64,000 bases of DNA from Thermoanaerobaculia bacterium (GTDB lineage: Bacteria; Acidobacteriota; Thermoanaerobaculia; UBA5066): positions 2,144,001 through 2,208,000 of the forward strand of contig CAVRAY010000001.1 in NCBI GenBank assembly GCA_963719225.1, in the 5' to 3' direction. A program made the translations under genes and the position numbers. Below are positions 31,598-43,163 of this stretch, piece by piece. How positions within the stretch are numbered: the first letter of the stretch is position 1; every line of letters begins with the position of its first letter. The notes beneath the pieces are model-generated. The model searched no databases. It was not told the origin of the DNA and worked only from the letters and a program-made list of their open reading frames with translations.

Positions 31598-32816
31598 ATG
31601 AAGCGTACCGCGACGGTCTCGTTGCTCGCACTCGCACTCGTCCTCGGGTCTTGCCGGCCCACGCCGCGGACACGATCACTTCGGCGCCGCCGTTTCGCTC
31701 ACGGGCAAGACGGCGAAGGAAGGCGAGTACACCCGCGACGGCTACAACTTCCCATCGAGAAGGTCAACGAGAGGGCGGGATCACCGTCGGCGGAAAGAAG
31801 TACAAGGTCGGGTCAAGTACTACGACGACGAGTCGAAATCCGAGCGGACGGCCCAGCTCATCGAGAAGCTCATCAACGAGGACAAGGTCACGTTCATCCT
31901 CGGCCTTACGGCTCGGGGCCCTCGGGAACGGCTGCGCCGATCTGCGAAAATACAGGATCCCGATGATCGAGGCGAACGGCTCCGCCGAATCGATCTTCAA
32001 CAAGGGCCACAAGTACACGTTCGCCGTCCTGTCCCCCGCGAAGCTCTACCTCAAGGGCGTCATCGACCTCGTCCTCACGAAGGACAAGAACATGAAGACG
32101 GTCGCGGTCCTCGGCGAGAACGAGCCGTTTTCGAAGGAGGTCGCGGGCGGCGGGGCCGACTACGCGCGAGGAGAAGGGCCTGACGGTCGTCTACCAGGAG
32201 CTCTACCCGACCGGCACCCAGGACGTCAGCGCGCTCCTCACGAACATCAAGGCGAAGAACCCGGACATCGTGCTCGGGCGCGGGCCACCTGCAGGACTCG
32301 CTCCTCATCGTCAAGCAGGCCAAGGACCTCGACGTCTCGCCGAAGGCGATGGGCTTCTCGGTCGGGCCGTCGTCGCCGGAGTTCCGGGCGAACCTGAAGA
32401 CCAACGCGGACTACATCCTCGGCGCGACGCAGTGGACGGAGGCGCTCAAGTACAACGGCGACGACCCGTGGAAGACGCCGAAGGCCTACGCGGACGCTTT
32501 CCGCGCGAAGAACCCGAAGTACCACGATATCCCCTACCAGGTCGCCGAGTCCTCCGCCGCCGTCATCGCGTTCTGGCGCGCGATCGAGAAGGCGGATTCG
32601 CTCGACCCGACGAAGGTCCGCGACGCGATCGCCGCGTCTGGACCTCATGACGTTCTACGGCCAGATCAAGTTCGACAGCGCGCGGAATCAACATCTACAA
32701 GCCGATGGCCGTCGAGCAGCTCCAGCCCGACGGGCAACAAGTACACGGTGTTCCCGCCGAGCGTCGCGGAGAAGGAAGCCCTGTACCCGATGCCCGCCTG
32801 GGACAAGCGGAAGTGA
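31598..32816 (+). CDS. Second branched-chain-type ABC substrate-binding protein, several frameshifts
   Basis: GGAGG RBS; SBP segments distributed over three frames; probably sequencing errors or a pseudogene. Confidence 0.65.
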
Positions 32817-33683
32817 GCCTCGGCGGGCTGGCTCGGCAGATCTTCGTCAACGCGGTTCTCCTGAGCGGGATCCTCGCGCTCGTCGCGCTCGGGTTCTCGC
32901 TCGTGTGGGGGATCATGAACATCGTGAACCTCGCGCACGGGGCGTTCATCGTCCTCGGCGCGTACATCACGTACTTCCTGCACGAGCTCCTCCACGTCGA
33001 CCCGTTCCTGTCGATTCCGATCTCGATGCTCGCCCTCTTCACGCTCGGCTGGGCGATCCAGCGCGGGCTCATCAACCAGATCATCAAGGCGCCGCTTCTC
33101 GCGACGTTCCTCCTGACGTTCGGGCTCGAGCTCCTGATCGTCAACCTCATCAACTTCTTCTTCAAGGCCGACCTGCGCTCCGTGACGACGCCGTACAGCG
33201 GGACCGGCTTCACGCTCGGAACGGTGCGGATCCCGTACATCCGGCTCGGCGCGCTCGTCGTCTCGCTCCTTCTCGTCGCGGCCCTCGCCTGGTACGCTCA
33301 AGACGACGCGGATCGGCCGCGCGATCCGGGCGACGGGAATGGACCTCGACGCGGCGCGTCTCACGGGCGTCAAGGTCGCGACGGTGTATGCCGCCACGTT
33401 CGCGATCGGCGCCGCGATGGCCGGCGCCTCCGGCTCCCTCCTCTCGATGATCGTCCCGTTCGACCCGAACCTCGGCGGGACGTACACGCAGCGCGCCTTC
33501 GCGATCTGCGTTCTCGGCGGCCTCGGGAACGTCGCGAACGTCGTGATCGGAGCCGCGATCTACGCCTTCGTGGACGTGTTCGTCGGCGCGCGATTGCCGT
33601 CCCTGTCGCGCGCCGTCACGTTCGCGCTCCTCGTGGTTCTCCTCATCCTTCGCCCGCAGGGCATCGCCGGGAAGGCGGTGTGA
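32813..33683 (+). CDS. ABC permease (LivH-like), one frameshift near 33300
   Basis: VNLAHG; continues in ORF 33339-33683 (LGGLGN, RPQGI). Confidence 0.75.
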
Positions 33684-34661
33684 GCGGGCCGGAGGATCGC
33701 CGCCTGGGGCGCGGGCCTCGCGATCCTCGCGCTCCTCCTGTGCCTGCCGAAGCTCGTCTCGAGCTACAGGCTCCTCACGTACACGCGCTTCCTCCTTCTC
33801 GCGCTCATGGCGCAGGGCTGGAACTTCATCGGTGGATACACGGGTTACGCGGCGTTCGGCAACGTCGCGTACTTCGGGATCGGCGCTTACACGACGGGCC
33901 TCCTCATGCTCGGCAGGTGGCACGTGCCCTTCTTCCCGGCCCTCGGGGCCGGGGCTCTCCTCGCGGCCTGCGTCGCCGCGCTGCTCGGCCTTCCGATCCT
34001 CCGCCTCAAGGGCCATTACTTCGCGATCGCGACCCTCGGGGTGGCCGAGGCGCTCGCGCAGGTCGCGGACACGTGGGACAGCGTGACCGAGGGCTCCACG
34101 GGGATCGACCTGCCCCTCAAGACCGAAGGCGCGTTCTTCTACTACACGGCTCTGGGATTCGTGATCCTCGGAATCCTGTGCACGGCGGGCTTCGCGCGCT
34201 CGAAGCTCGGGCACGGATGCGTCGCGATCCGCGAGGACCAGGACGCGGCGAAGATGCTCGGGATCAACACGACGCTCTACAAGGTCGCCGCGTACGCGAT
34301 CTCGGCGGTTTTCGCCGCGATCGCGGGCGGCATCACGGCCTACCAGAACATCCACGTGACGCCGGGCGATTTCTTCAAGATCGACTACACCCTCCAGATG
34401 ATCATCGCGTCGATCATCGGCGGGGTCGGGACCGTGATCGGGCCGGTCCTCGGCGCCGCCGTCTACCAGCTCCTCTCGACGTACATCTGGAGCAGGTTCA
34501 TCGAGCTCCATCCGACCGTCCTCGGCCTCATCATCGTGTTCTTCATCGTCTTCCTCCCGCGCGGCCTCATGACGGTCATCGCCCGGCGCCGGACGGGCGG
34601 CGAGCGGCCGTTCCGGCTATCCGACCTCCTCGCGAACGTCCGCGCGCACCGGGTCACCTGA
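33680..34661 (+). CDS. ABC permease (LivM-like), frameshift near 5' end
   Basis: [32 protein letters not shown]. Confidence 0.8.
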
Positions 34662-36223
34662 TGAGCGCGGCTCCCGCTCCGGCGGCGCGCATCTCCGGCG
34701 AGCCCATCCTCGTCGCGACGGGAATCACGAAGAGGTTCGGCGGGCTCGCGGCCGTGGACGGGGTGGACCTCGCGATCCGCCGCGGCGAGATCCTCGGCGT
34801 CCTCGGCCCGAACGGCGCGGGCAAGACGACGTTCGTGAACTGCGTGACGGGTCTCGACAAGCCGACCTCCGGGACCATCGTCTTCGACGGGCAGGACATC
34901 ACGAGAACGCCGAGCTACCGGATCGGGCGCCTCGGGATGGCCCGCACGTTCCAGGTCGTCAAGCCTCTCCGGCAGCTGACGGTCCGCGAAAACGTCGCGA
35001 CGGGGGCGATGTTCGGCGCCGGCGGGCATCGGCGGACGGCCGCCCAGGCCCGCGCCCACGCGGACGAGATCCTCGAGCGCGTCGCGCTCGCCGACCGGCG
35101 GAACCGGGCCGCGACCGAGCTCACGATTCCCGATCTCAAGAGGCTCGAGCTCGCGAAGGCCCTCGCGATGGACCCGCGGCTCCTCTTCCTCGACGAGGTC
35201 ATGGCGGGGCTGAATCCCTCCGAGATCGAGAAGGCGATGGAGCTCATCCTCTCGATCAACCGGAGCGGGGTCACGATCTTCGTGATCGAGCACGTCATGA
35301 AGGCGATCATGGGGATCTCCGATCGCCTCGTCGTCCTCCACTACGGCCGGAAGATCGCCGAGGGCGAGCCCCGGGAGATCGTCGAGAGTCCCGCCGTGAT
35401 CGAGGCCTATCTCGGGGAGCGGTTCGCGCAGCGCGCTCAGGCGGCCGGGGACGGCGCCACGGCCTTCGTCGCGTCGGGAGAGTTCCGCAAGGCTCCCCCC
35501 GTCGCCGCGGGCCCGGCTCTGCTCTCCGTGAACGGGCTCTCGTCCGGCTACGGCGACGTCCAGATCCTGCGGGAGGTCTCGCTCGAGGTGCGGGACCGGG
35601 AGATCGTCGCGCTCATCGGGGCGAATGGCGCCGGAAAGACGACGCTCCTGAACACGATCTCGCAGCTCCTCAGGCCGAAGGCCGGTTCGTTCTCCTTCGC
35701 CGGGCGAGACATGACGGCCGCCCGCCCCGAAGAGGTCGTCGCCGCCGGGATCGTCCACGTCCCGCAGGGCCGGCGCCTCTTCGCCGGACTCACCGTGGAG
35801 GAGAACCTCCTGCAGGGCGCCTACGCGCGACGCGACGCCGCCGGGATCGAGGAGGACCTCGAATGGGTCTTCGGGCTCCTGCCGCGCCTGAAGGAACGCG
35901 CGGCGCAGCTCGCGGGGAGGCTGTCGGGAGGGGAGCAGCAGATGGGCGCGATCGGGCGCGGGCTCATGAGCCGCCCGCGCCTCCTCCTGATCGACGAGCT
36001 CTCGCTGGGCCTCGCCCCGCTCGTCGTCGACCACCTCCTCGAGCTCATCTCGCGGATCAACGAGAAAGGCACGACCGTCCTCCTCGTCGAGCAGGACGTC
36101 CAGGTGGCGCTCGAGCACGCGCACCGGGGCTACGTCCTCGAGACCGGCCGCATCGTCCAGTCGGGGCCCGCGGAGGAGCTCCTCGACGACACGCGGATCC
36201 GCCAGGCCTACCTCGGGCTGTGA
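34661..36223 (+). CDS. Fused LivG-LivF double ABC ATPase
   Basis: Two Walker A motifs (GPNGAGKTT, GANGAGKTT) in one frame joined by a ~25-aa linker. Confidence 0.8.
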   Translation: MSAAPAPAARISGEPILVATGITKRFGGLAAVDGVDLAIRRGEILGVLGPNGAGKTTFVNCVTGLDKPTSGTIVFDGQDITRTPSYRIGRLGMARTFQVVKPLRQLTVRENVATGAMFGAGGHRRTAAQARAHADEILERVALADRRNRAATELTIPDLKRLELAKALAMDPRLLFLDEVMAGLNPSEIEKAMELILSINRSGVTIFVIEHVMKAIMGISDRLVVLHYGRKIAEGEPREIVESPAVIEAYLGERFAQRAQAAGDGATAFVASGEFRKAPPVAAGPALLSVNGLSSGYGDVQILREVSLEVRDREIVALIGANGAGKTTLLNTISQLLRPKAGSFSFAGRDMTAARPEEVVAAGIVHVPQGRRLFAGLTVEENLLQGAYARRDAAGIEEDLEWVFGLLPRLKERAAQLAGRLSGGEQQMGAIGRGLMSRPRLLLIDELSLGLAPLVVDHLLELISRINEKGTTVLLVEQDVQVALEHAHRGYVLETGRIVQSGPAEELLDDTRIRQAYLGL

Positions 36224-36230
36224 GCCGGGA

Positions 36231-37397
36231 GTGACGATCCGCCAGGCCGACCCGCGGCTCGCGCTCCCGGCCCTCTTCTTCGCGACGGTCGCGGTCTTCG
36301 CCGACCTCTACGTCACCCAGCCGATCCTTCCCCTTCTCTCGCGCGAATTCGGGGTGCCGGCCCCGACGGCGGCCCTGACCGTATCCGTCGTCGTCCTGAT
36401 GATCGCGCTCTTTTCCAACGCCTACGGGCCTCTCGCCGACGCCTGGGGCCGAAAGCCCGTGATGGTCGCGAGCTGCGCCGCTCTGGCCGTCCCGACGCTC
36501 CTCTGCGCCGCCGCGCCGACGTTTCCGATCCTCGTCGTCCTGCGCGGGTTGCAGGGGCTCCTCATGCCGGGGGTCGCCGCCGTCGCCGTGCCGTGGATCG
36601 GAGACAATACGCCGGCGCGGCGCTCGGACCGGCGGTCGGAAGCTATGGTCGCGGCGTCGGTCCTCGGCGGCTTGACCGGCCGCGTCAGCAGCGGGTGGAT
36701 CGCGGGCCATTGCAGCTGGCGCGGGCGCCTTTCTGCTCTTCGGAGCCTGACGCTGCTCGGCGCCCTCGGGATGGCGCTCCACCTGCCCGCGGTCGCCGCG
36801 GCCGGGAGGTCCACGTGATCGGGCGCGCGTTCCGCGAGATGGCGCGCCACATGCGGAACCGGCGGATCGTGGGCGGGCTCGTCATCGGCTTCTCGATCTT
36901 CTTCGGGTTCATCGCGGATCTTCACGTACCTTCCTTATTACCTCACGGCTCGCTCCGTTCGGCCTCTCGTCTCGCGCAAGTTTCCGGCGATCTATCTCGT
37001 CTACGTCGCGGGGATCGCGACCTCCTGGACGTGCGGGAGGGCTGCCGGCGGCTCGGGAGACGGACGATCATGGCCGCGGGATTCGTCCTCGCTTGCCGGA
37101 GCGGTGATGCGGAACTCTCGTCCGGTCGATTCCCGTCGTGGTCCTCGGCCTCGTCGCCCTCTGCGTCGGGATGTTCTTCGTCCAGGGGACCGCCCCGGCG
37201 TTCGTGAATACGACGGCGCACGGGAAGCGAAGGGAGGAGCGGGAGCGCTCTACACGACTTTCTATTACGTCGGGGCGACTTTCGGGTCGGTCCTGCCCGG
37301 GTTCGCGTGGCAGGCATTCGGGTGGCCCGGCGTCGTCGCGACGTGCCTGGCCTCGTTCGCCGTCGGCCTCCTGTCGGATCTGGCCCTGTGCGCGTAA
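36231..37397 (+). CDS. MFS transporter (YnfM-like), frameshifted
   Basis: LYVTQPILP, GPLADAWGRK, LRGLQG; C-terminal LYTTFYYVGAT in another frame. Confidence 0.7.
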
Positions 37398-37433
37398 GCG
37401 CACTACAGGACCGGCGCTCCCCCGCAGGACTAT

Positions 37434-39967
37434 TCATCGTGTTGGCGATCGTGGCGTCAAATCGGACGGAGTTCCGGCTTTGGCAGGATCGAGAATCCGA
37501 TACGCGAGCAGTTTCACGCGGTCATTCACGAGGAACCACGCCAGCGCATAGCCCCAGACGAAGAGTGCCCAACCCCAGCCGAGGGGTGTCATGAACAGTC
37601 CATAAACCGCGATCAACGTCGCCACGATTTGCGTCCCGACCACCGCCACCCACAGAATCCTCGGCGGGCCGGATGGACCAGAACGGCCCGCGCGTGCGGG
37701 TCAAGAAAGATCGTCAGGTGTCCTGCTACGGACAGCTTCAGGTACATCAGCGTCTGAACGTGCGTCATGGTCGAGATGGAACACGCGCAAACCGAGGATA
37801 GAACAAGCCGAACGCAGAGACGACCCCGATGACGCCGAGCACGGTGGAGACCCCGAGGACGAGCCGCATGTTCCACGCCTCGGGCTTGATCCTTGTAATG
37901 AACGTTGTCATACGCGATGGACAGGATGGCGCCGTCGTTCAGCAGCGCCAGCATCACGATCATCACGGCCGTGACCGGATAGAAGTTGAAGATCAGGATC
38001 GCCAGCGTCATGAAGAACAGGACGCGTAGCGTCTCGGCGATGCGGTAGATCGCGTAGCTGTTCATCCGCTGGAAGATGCGGCGGCTCTCCTTGATCGCGT
38101 CGATGATCACCGACAGGCCGGACGCCGTCAGCACGATGGAGGCCGCAGCCCGCGCTGCGTCCGTCGCGCCCGAAACGGCGATGCCGCAGTCGGCCTTCTT
38201 CAGCGCGGGCGCGTCATTCACCCCGTCGCCCGTCATCCCGACGATGTGCCCGCGCTTCTGCAGGACGTCCACGATGTGGAATTTGTGCTCGGGGAACACC
38301 TGGGCGAACCCGTCGGCCGTTCTCGATCGATTCGGCCGTCGCCGTGGACTCCTCGTGCTTGGAGTCGCCCAGTGCGGCCGCGTCGAGGATATTGGTGCCC
38401 AAGTCCAGCTTCTTGGCGGTTTCCTTGGCGATCGCCAGTGCATCGCCCGTCACCATCTCGACCTTCACGCCCATCTCTCGAGCGGTCGCGATGGTTGCCT
38501 TGGCGTCGTCCCGCGGCGGGTCGAACAACGGCAGGACGCCCATGAGCTGCCATGCGCCGCCGCCGTCGGCCCGCGCCACGCCCGAGCGAACGGAAGCCAC
38601 GCGCCGCGAATTCGTCGACCGCCTTCTCGACGGCGGGCTTCAGTTGCCCGGCGTTGGCCGACAACGTCCAGGATCACCTGCGGCGCGCCCTTCGTCACCT
38701 TGAACGTTGATCCGCCGGTCGCCTTGACAGTGGCCTCCGTACGCTTATGGACCGGGTCGAAAGGCTGGAAGTGAACGACCTCGTAGCCCTTCAAGGCGTT
38801 CTTGTCCTTGAGACCACCCAGAACGGCCAGGTCGATGGTGTCGTTGTCGTCGGCCCGGGAGGCCAGGGCGCCGTTGAGGATGACCTGATCGGCGGAAACA
38901 CCGCTCATGCGGAAGGGGTCGCCGAGGGTCAGCTTGTTCTGGGTCAGGGTTCCGGTCTTGTCGGCGCAGAGCACGTCCACTCCCGCCAGCTCCTCGATCG
39001 CGACCAGCTTGCTGACGATCGCCTTCTTCTTCGCGAGCAGGCGCGCACCGACCGCCATCGTCACCGACAACACCGTCGGCATCGCGACCGGGATCGCGGC
39101 GACCGTCAGGACGAGCGCGAACTGCAGCGTCGTGAGGATCGGGTCGCCGCGGAGAATCGCGACCGCGACGATTCCCGCCACGAGAGCGACCGCGAGAATG
39201 ATGAGGTAATTCCCGATCTTCAAGACCGCCTTCTGAAAATGGCTGACGGTGTGCGCCTCCTGCACCAGTTGTGCGGTCTTGCCGAAATAGGTCTTTTCAC
39301 CCGTGGCATACACCAGCGCACCGATTTCACCCCGCCGAAGGATGGACCCGGAGAAGACGGCGTCACCGGGCTTCCGGGTTGCGGGCAACGACTCTCCGGT
39401 GAGCGCCGACTGGTCCACCTCCACCGGGTCGCCCTCCAGCAGGCGCGCGTCGGCCGGCACGATGTCGCCGAGCCGCATGCGGATCACGTCCCCCGGCACC
39501 AGCTCACGCGCCAGTGGGGTGACCCACTTCCCATCACGTTTGACCCTGGCCTTGATCGCCAGTTTGGCTTTCAGGGCTGCGATGGCGTCGCCCGCCTGGC
39601 GCTCTTCCCAGAACCCGACGACGGCGTTCGCCACCAGCAAGAGGAGGATGATGCCGAAGTCCGGCCAGTGCCGCGCGACCGCCGAAAGGATTACGGCCGC
39701 TTCGATCATCCAGGGGATGGGGCCCCAGAAATAGGTCAGGAGCTTCAATAGCGGGTTGGTCTTCTTTTCCTCGAGCTCGTTGGGCCCGTATTGAATCAGG
39801 CGCTTTTCCGCCTCGGCTTGAGTCAGACCGTCTGGCGATGACCCCAGCTTCTTTTCCACATCCGCCACGGGCAAGGATTTCAGATCGTCCTTCACGTCGG
39901 GTGTGGTACCGGTCTTCGCCGCCGGCTTCGATGCGGGAGCCTTGGAAGGCTTGTCTCCTGATGTCAT
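37434..39967 (-). CDS. P-type IIIA plasma-membrane H+-ATPase (PMA1-like), frameshifted
   Basis: [48 protein letters not shown]; pieces in several frames. Confidence 0.85.
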
Positions 39968-40079
39968 GACGGGTGTTCTTTCTATGTTTCTACGCTGCCG
40001 GCTTCGTGCGCTTCGAGCATGCGGATCGATGTCCGCAACGTGTCGCAGTCGAGAAGAACGACGACGTCGTTCGGTGACG

Positions 40080-41450
40080 TCACGGGGTCGTCTCGTGGAG
40101 GATTGGGTTGTGCCAGCCACCGTCCGCCGCGATGAGCGCGTCCGCCTCTTTGGGGCCCCAGCTCCCCGGCTTGTAGGGACGGACTCGGCGGTGGGTCTTC
40201 AGGACCCGATCAACGGCAGCCCACGCGGCCTCGACGGCGTCCTCCCGCGTGAAGAGAGCCCCGTCGCCGGCCATGGCGTCCGTCAACAGCCGCTCGTAAG
40301 GCGTTTCCTCTCCCGGCTGTTGATCGACGAGGTAGAGCTCGCGCTGGTCGCCCACGAACTCCTTGCCGGCGCGCTTGACGCGAGCGGCGATGGCGACGGC
40401 GGAATTCGGGGAAAGCCTGAACCGCAGATAGTTCGCCGGGCCGGCCTTCGGCGCCGAGTCCGTGAAGAGCCGTTGCGGCGGTGGTTTCAGCTCGGCGAGG
40501 ACCTCGCAAGCCGTCTCGGGCAGAAGCTTGCCGGAGCGCAGGTACCAGGGCACTCCGGCCCAGCGCCACGAGTCGATGAAGAGCCGCACGGCGCAGAACG
40601 TCTCGACGTCGGAGTTCCGCGCCACGCCCGGCTCCTTGCGGTAGCCGGCGTACTGGCCGCGGACCACGTCGGCGCCTCGCAGCGGCCGCATGGCCTGGAA
40701 GACGGCTGCCTTCTCGGCGTGCACGGCCCCGAAGCCCTGGTAGGCCGGCGGCTCCATCGCGAGGAGGGCGACGATCTGGAAGAGGTGATTCTGGATCACG
40801 TCGCGCAGGCAGCCGGCCGTTTCGTAGAACGCGCCGCGCCCATTCACCCCGAAGTCCTCCGAGAGGGTGACCTGTACGCTGGCCACGTAGTTGCGGTTCC
40901 AGATCGGCTCGAGGAACGAATTGGCGAACCGGAAATAGAGGATGTTCATGATCGCTTCCTTGCCGAGGAAGTGATCGATGCGGAAGATCGCGGACTCCGG
41001 AAACACCGCCCGCGCGACACGATTGAGCTTGCGCGCGGAGGCCAGGTCGCGGCCGAACGGCTTCTCGACGATGACGCGCGCGCCGTCCGCCAGGCCCGCC
41101 GCCCCGAGCCCCGTGATGACCGTGGCGAAGAGCGATGGCGGAATGGCGAGGTAGTGCGCCGGGCGGCGGGCACCGCCCAGCGCGCTCTTGAGCGCCGCGA
41201 AGGTTGCCGGATCGTTGTAGTCGCCGTGCACGTAACGCAGCAGGGAAAGCAGATGGCTGAGGGCGCGCTTGCTGTCGATCCCACCAGCTCTCCTGACGCT
41301 GTCCGCCGCACGCCTGCGCAGTCGCTCCAGACTCCATGGCGGGAGGGCGACGCCGACGACCGGGACGTCGAGAACGCCGCGCTTCACCATGGCGTAGAGC
41401 GCCGGGAAGATCATCTTGTGGGCGAGGTCACCCGTCACGCCGAAGAGCAC
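40080..41450 (-). CDS. zwf: Glucose-6-phosphate dehydrogenase
   Basis: FGVTGDLA, VEKPFG, RIDHFLGK, RDVIQNH, YERLL; the true start is probably the ATG at 41479, one base out of frame. Confidence 0.92.
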   Translation of the reverse strand: MLFGVTGDLAHKMIFPALYAMVKRGVLDVPVVGVALPPWSLERLRRRAADSVRRAGGIDSKRALSHLLSLLRYVHGDYNDPATFAALKSALGGARRPAHYLAIPPSLFATVITGLGAAGLADGARVIVEKPFGRDLASARKLNRVARAVFPESAIFRIDHFLGKEAIMNILYFRFANSFLEPIWNRNYVASVQVTLSEDFGVNGRGAFYETAGCLRDVIQNHLFQIVALLAMEPPAYQGFGAVHAEKAAVFQAMRPLRGADVVRGQYAGYRKEPGVARNSDVETFCAVRLFIDSWRWAGVPWYLRSGKLLPETACEVLAELKPPPQRLFTDSAPKAGPANYLRFRLSPNSAVAIAARVKRAGKEFVGDQRELYLVDQQPGEETPYERLLTDAMAGDGALFTREDAVEAAWAAVDRVLKTHRRVRPYKPGSWGPKEADALIAADGGWHNPILHETTP

Positions 41451-41475
41451 GAGAGCGTCGCGGAACGAGGCGCGG

Positions 41476-43128
41476 TCATACCGCTTCCCCTCGGAGCGCC
41501 GCGTCCACGATCGCCTGCGCCTCCTTCACGATGCGGCGCAGGTGATTCCCCCCACGAAAGCTCTCCGCATAGATCTTGTAGATGTCCTCGGTGCCCGACG
41601 GTCGCGCGGCGAACCAGCCACTCTCGGCAATGACCTTGATCCCTCCGATCGGCGCGTGGTTTCCCGGAGCCTCATTGACGATGCTCTGGACTTTTTCGCC
41701 GGCCAGCTCTGCGCATCGCACCTGTTGCGGCGAGAGCGCCGCGAGTCGCTTCTTCTGTTCGGCGGTCGCCGGCGCCTCGACCCGGTCGTACACCGGCTGG
41801 CCGAATTCGCGCGCCAGGTCGCCGTAGATCTCGCCGGGATCCCGGCCCGCCCGCGCGGTGATCTCCGCTGCTAGCAACGCCGGCACGATGCCGTCCTTGT
41901 CCGTCGTCCACACCGTCCCGTCGCGGCGAAGAAAGGAAGCCCCGGCGCTCTCCTCGCCACCGAAACCGAGCGAGCCGTCGAACAGGCCGTCGACGAACCA
42001 CTTGAAGCCGACCGGGACCTCGTAGAGCTTCCGGCCGAGTTTTCCGGTGACGCGATCGATCATCCGGCTGCTCACCACCGTCTTGCCGACCGCCGCGTCC
42101 TTGCGCCAGCCCGGTCGATGCTGGAAGAGGTAGTCGATGGCCGCGGAAAGGTAATGGTTCGGCGGCAGCAGTCCCCGGCTCTTGGTTACGATGCCGTGCC
42201 GGTCGTGGTCGGTGTCGCAGGCGAAGGACAGGTCAAAGCGGTCCTTCATCCCGATCAGTCGCTGCATCGCGTAGACCGAGGAGGGATCCATCCGGATCCG
42301 CCCGTCCCAATCCACCGTCATGAACCGGAAGGCCTGGTCCACCACGTCGCTCACGACCGTGAGATCGAGGCGATAGCGTTCCGCAATGGGGCCCCAGTAG
42401 TGGACGCCGGCCCCGCCGAGGGGGTCCACGCCGAGACGAAGGCCCGCACCGCGGATGGCGTCCATGTCGAGGACGTTCCCCAGGTCGCGGACGTAGGCGT
42501 TGAGGTAGTCGTGCCGGTGCGTCGTTGCGGCGCGCAGCGCCTTCGCGTGTGGCATGCGCTTCACGCCGTCGAGACCGTGCTCCATGAACTCGTTGGCCCG
42601 GGCTTCGATCCCGCTCGTGACGTCGGTGCCGGCCGGCCCACCGTCGGGGGGGTTGTACTTGAAGCCTCCGTTGTCGGGTGGATTGTGGGATGGCGTGATC
42701 ACGATCCCGTCGGCGAGCCCTCCTTTGCGCCCGCGGTTGTAGCCGAGGATCGCGTGGGACACCACGGGCGTCGGCGTGTATTCGTCGTGCTCGGCGAGCA
42801 TGACGTCGACATCGTTGGCCGCCAGCACCTCGAGCGCGGACGCGCAGGCCGGCACCGACAGCGCGTGCGTATCGAGGCCGAGAAAGAGCGGCCCGTCGAT
42901 GCCCCGGCCCCGGCGATCGCGGCAGATGGCTTCGCTGATCGCGAGCACGTGCCATTCGTTGAAGGACGTCTCGAATGCCGAGCCGCGATGCCCGGACGTG
43001 CCGAAGGCGACGCGCTGCGCGCCCACCGAGGGATCGGGAATTTCGGTGTAATAGGCCGTGACCAGCCTGGAGACGTCGAGAAGCATCGCCGGCGGAGGCG
43101 GATGGCCCGCGAGAGGACTGATCTTCAT
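41476..43128 (-). CDS. pgm: Phosphoglucomutase (alpha-D-glucose-1,6-bisphosphate-dependent)
   Basis: FGTSGHRG, TPSHNPP, DTDHDRH, GEESAG, RPSGTE. Confidence 0.95.
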   Translation of the reverse strand: MKISPLAGHPPPPAMLLDVSRLVTAYYTEIPDPSVGAQRVAFGTSGHRGSAFETSFNEWHVLAISEAICRDRRGRGIDGPLFLGLDTHALSVPACASALEVLAANDVDVMLAEHDEYTPTPVVSHAILGYNRGRKGGLADGIVITPSHNPPDNGGFKYNPPDGGPAGTDVTSGIEARANEFMEHGLDGVKRMPHAKALRAATTHRHDYLNAYVRDLGNVLDMDAIRGAGLRLGVDPLGGAGVHYWGPIAERYRLDLTVVSDVVDQAFRFMTVDWDGRIRMDPSSVYAMQRLIGMKDRFDLSFACDTDHDRHGIVTKSRGLLPPNHYLSAAIDYLFQHRPGWRKDAAVGKTVVSSRMIDRVTGKLGRKLYEVPVGFKWFVDGLFDGSLGFGGEESAGASFLRRDGTVWTTDKDGIVPALLAAEITARAGRDPGEIYGDLAREFGQPVYDRVEAPATAEQKKRLAALSPQQVRCAELAGEKVQSIVNEAPGNHAPIGGIKVIAESGWFAARPSGTEDIYKIYAESFRGGNHLRRIVKEAQAIVDAALRGEAV

Positions 43129-43163
43129 GGCGTCCCGCTAGGACGGCGCGTACGGATTCGGGA

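Noticed and set aside
32705-36223. 1172-aa permease-ATPase mega-fusion
   Set aside because: Produced by frameshifts joining LivH, an off-frame LivM region and the ATPase.
31598-38700. Dense frameshifts as programmed recoding or mass pseudogenisation
   Set aside because: Single-base indels hit many unrelated genes in one stretch without obvious in-frame stops or slippery sites, which points to low-quality consensus; only reads can confirm this.
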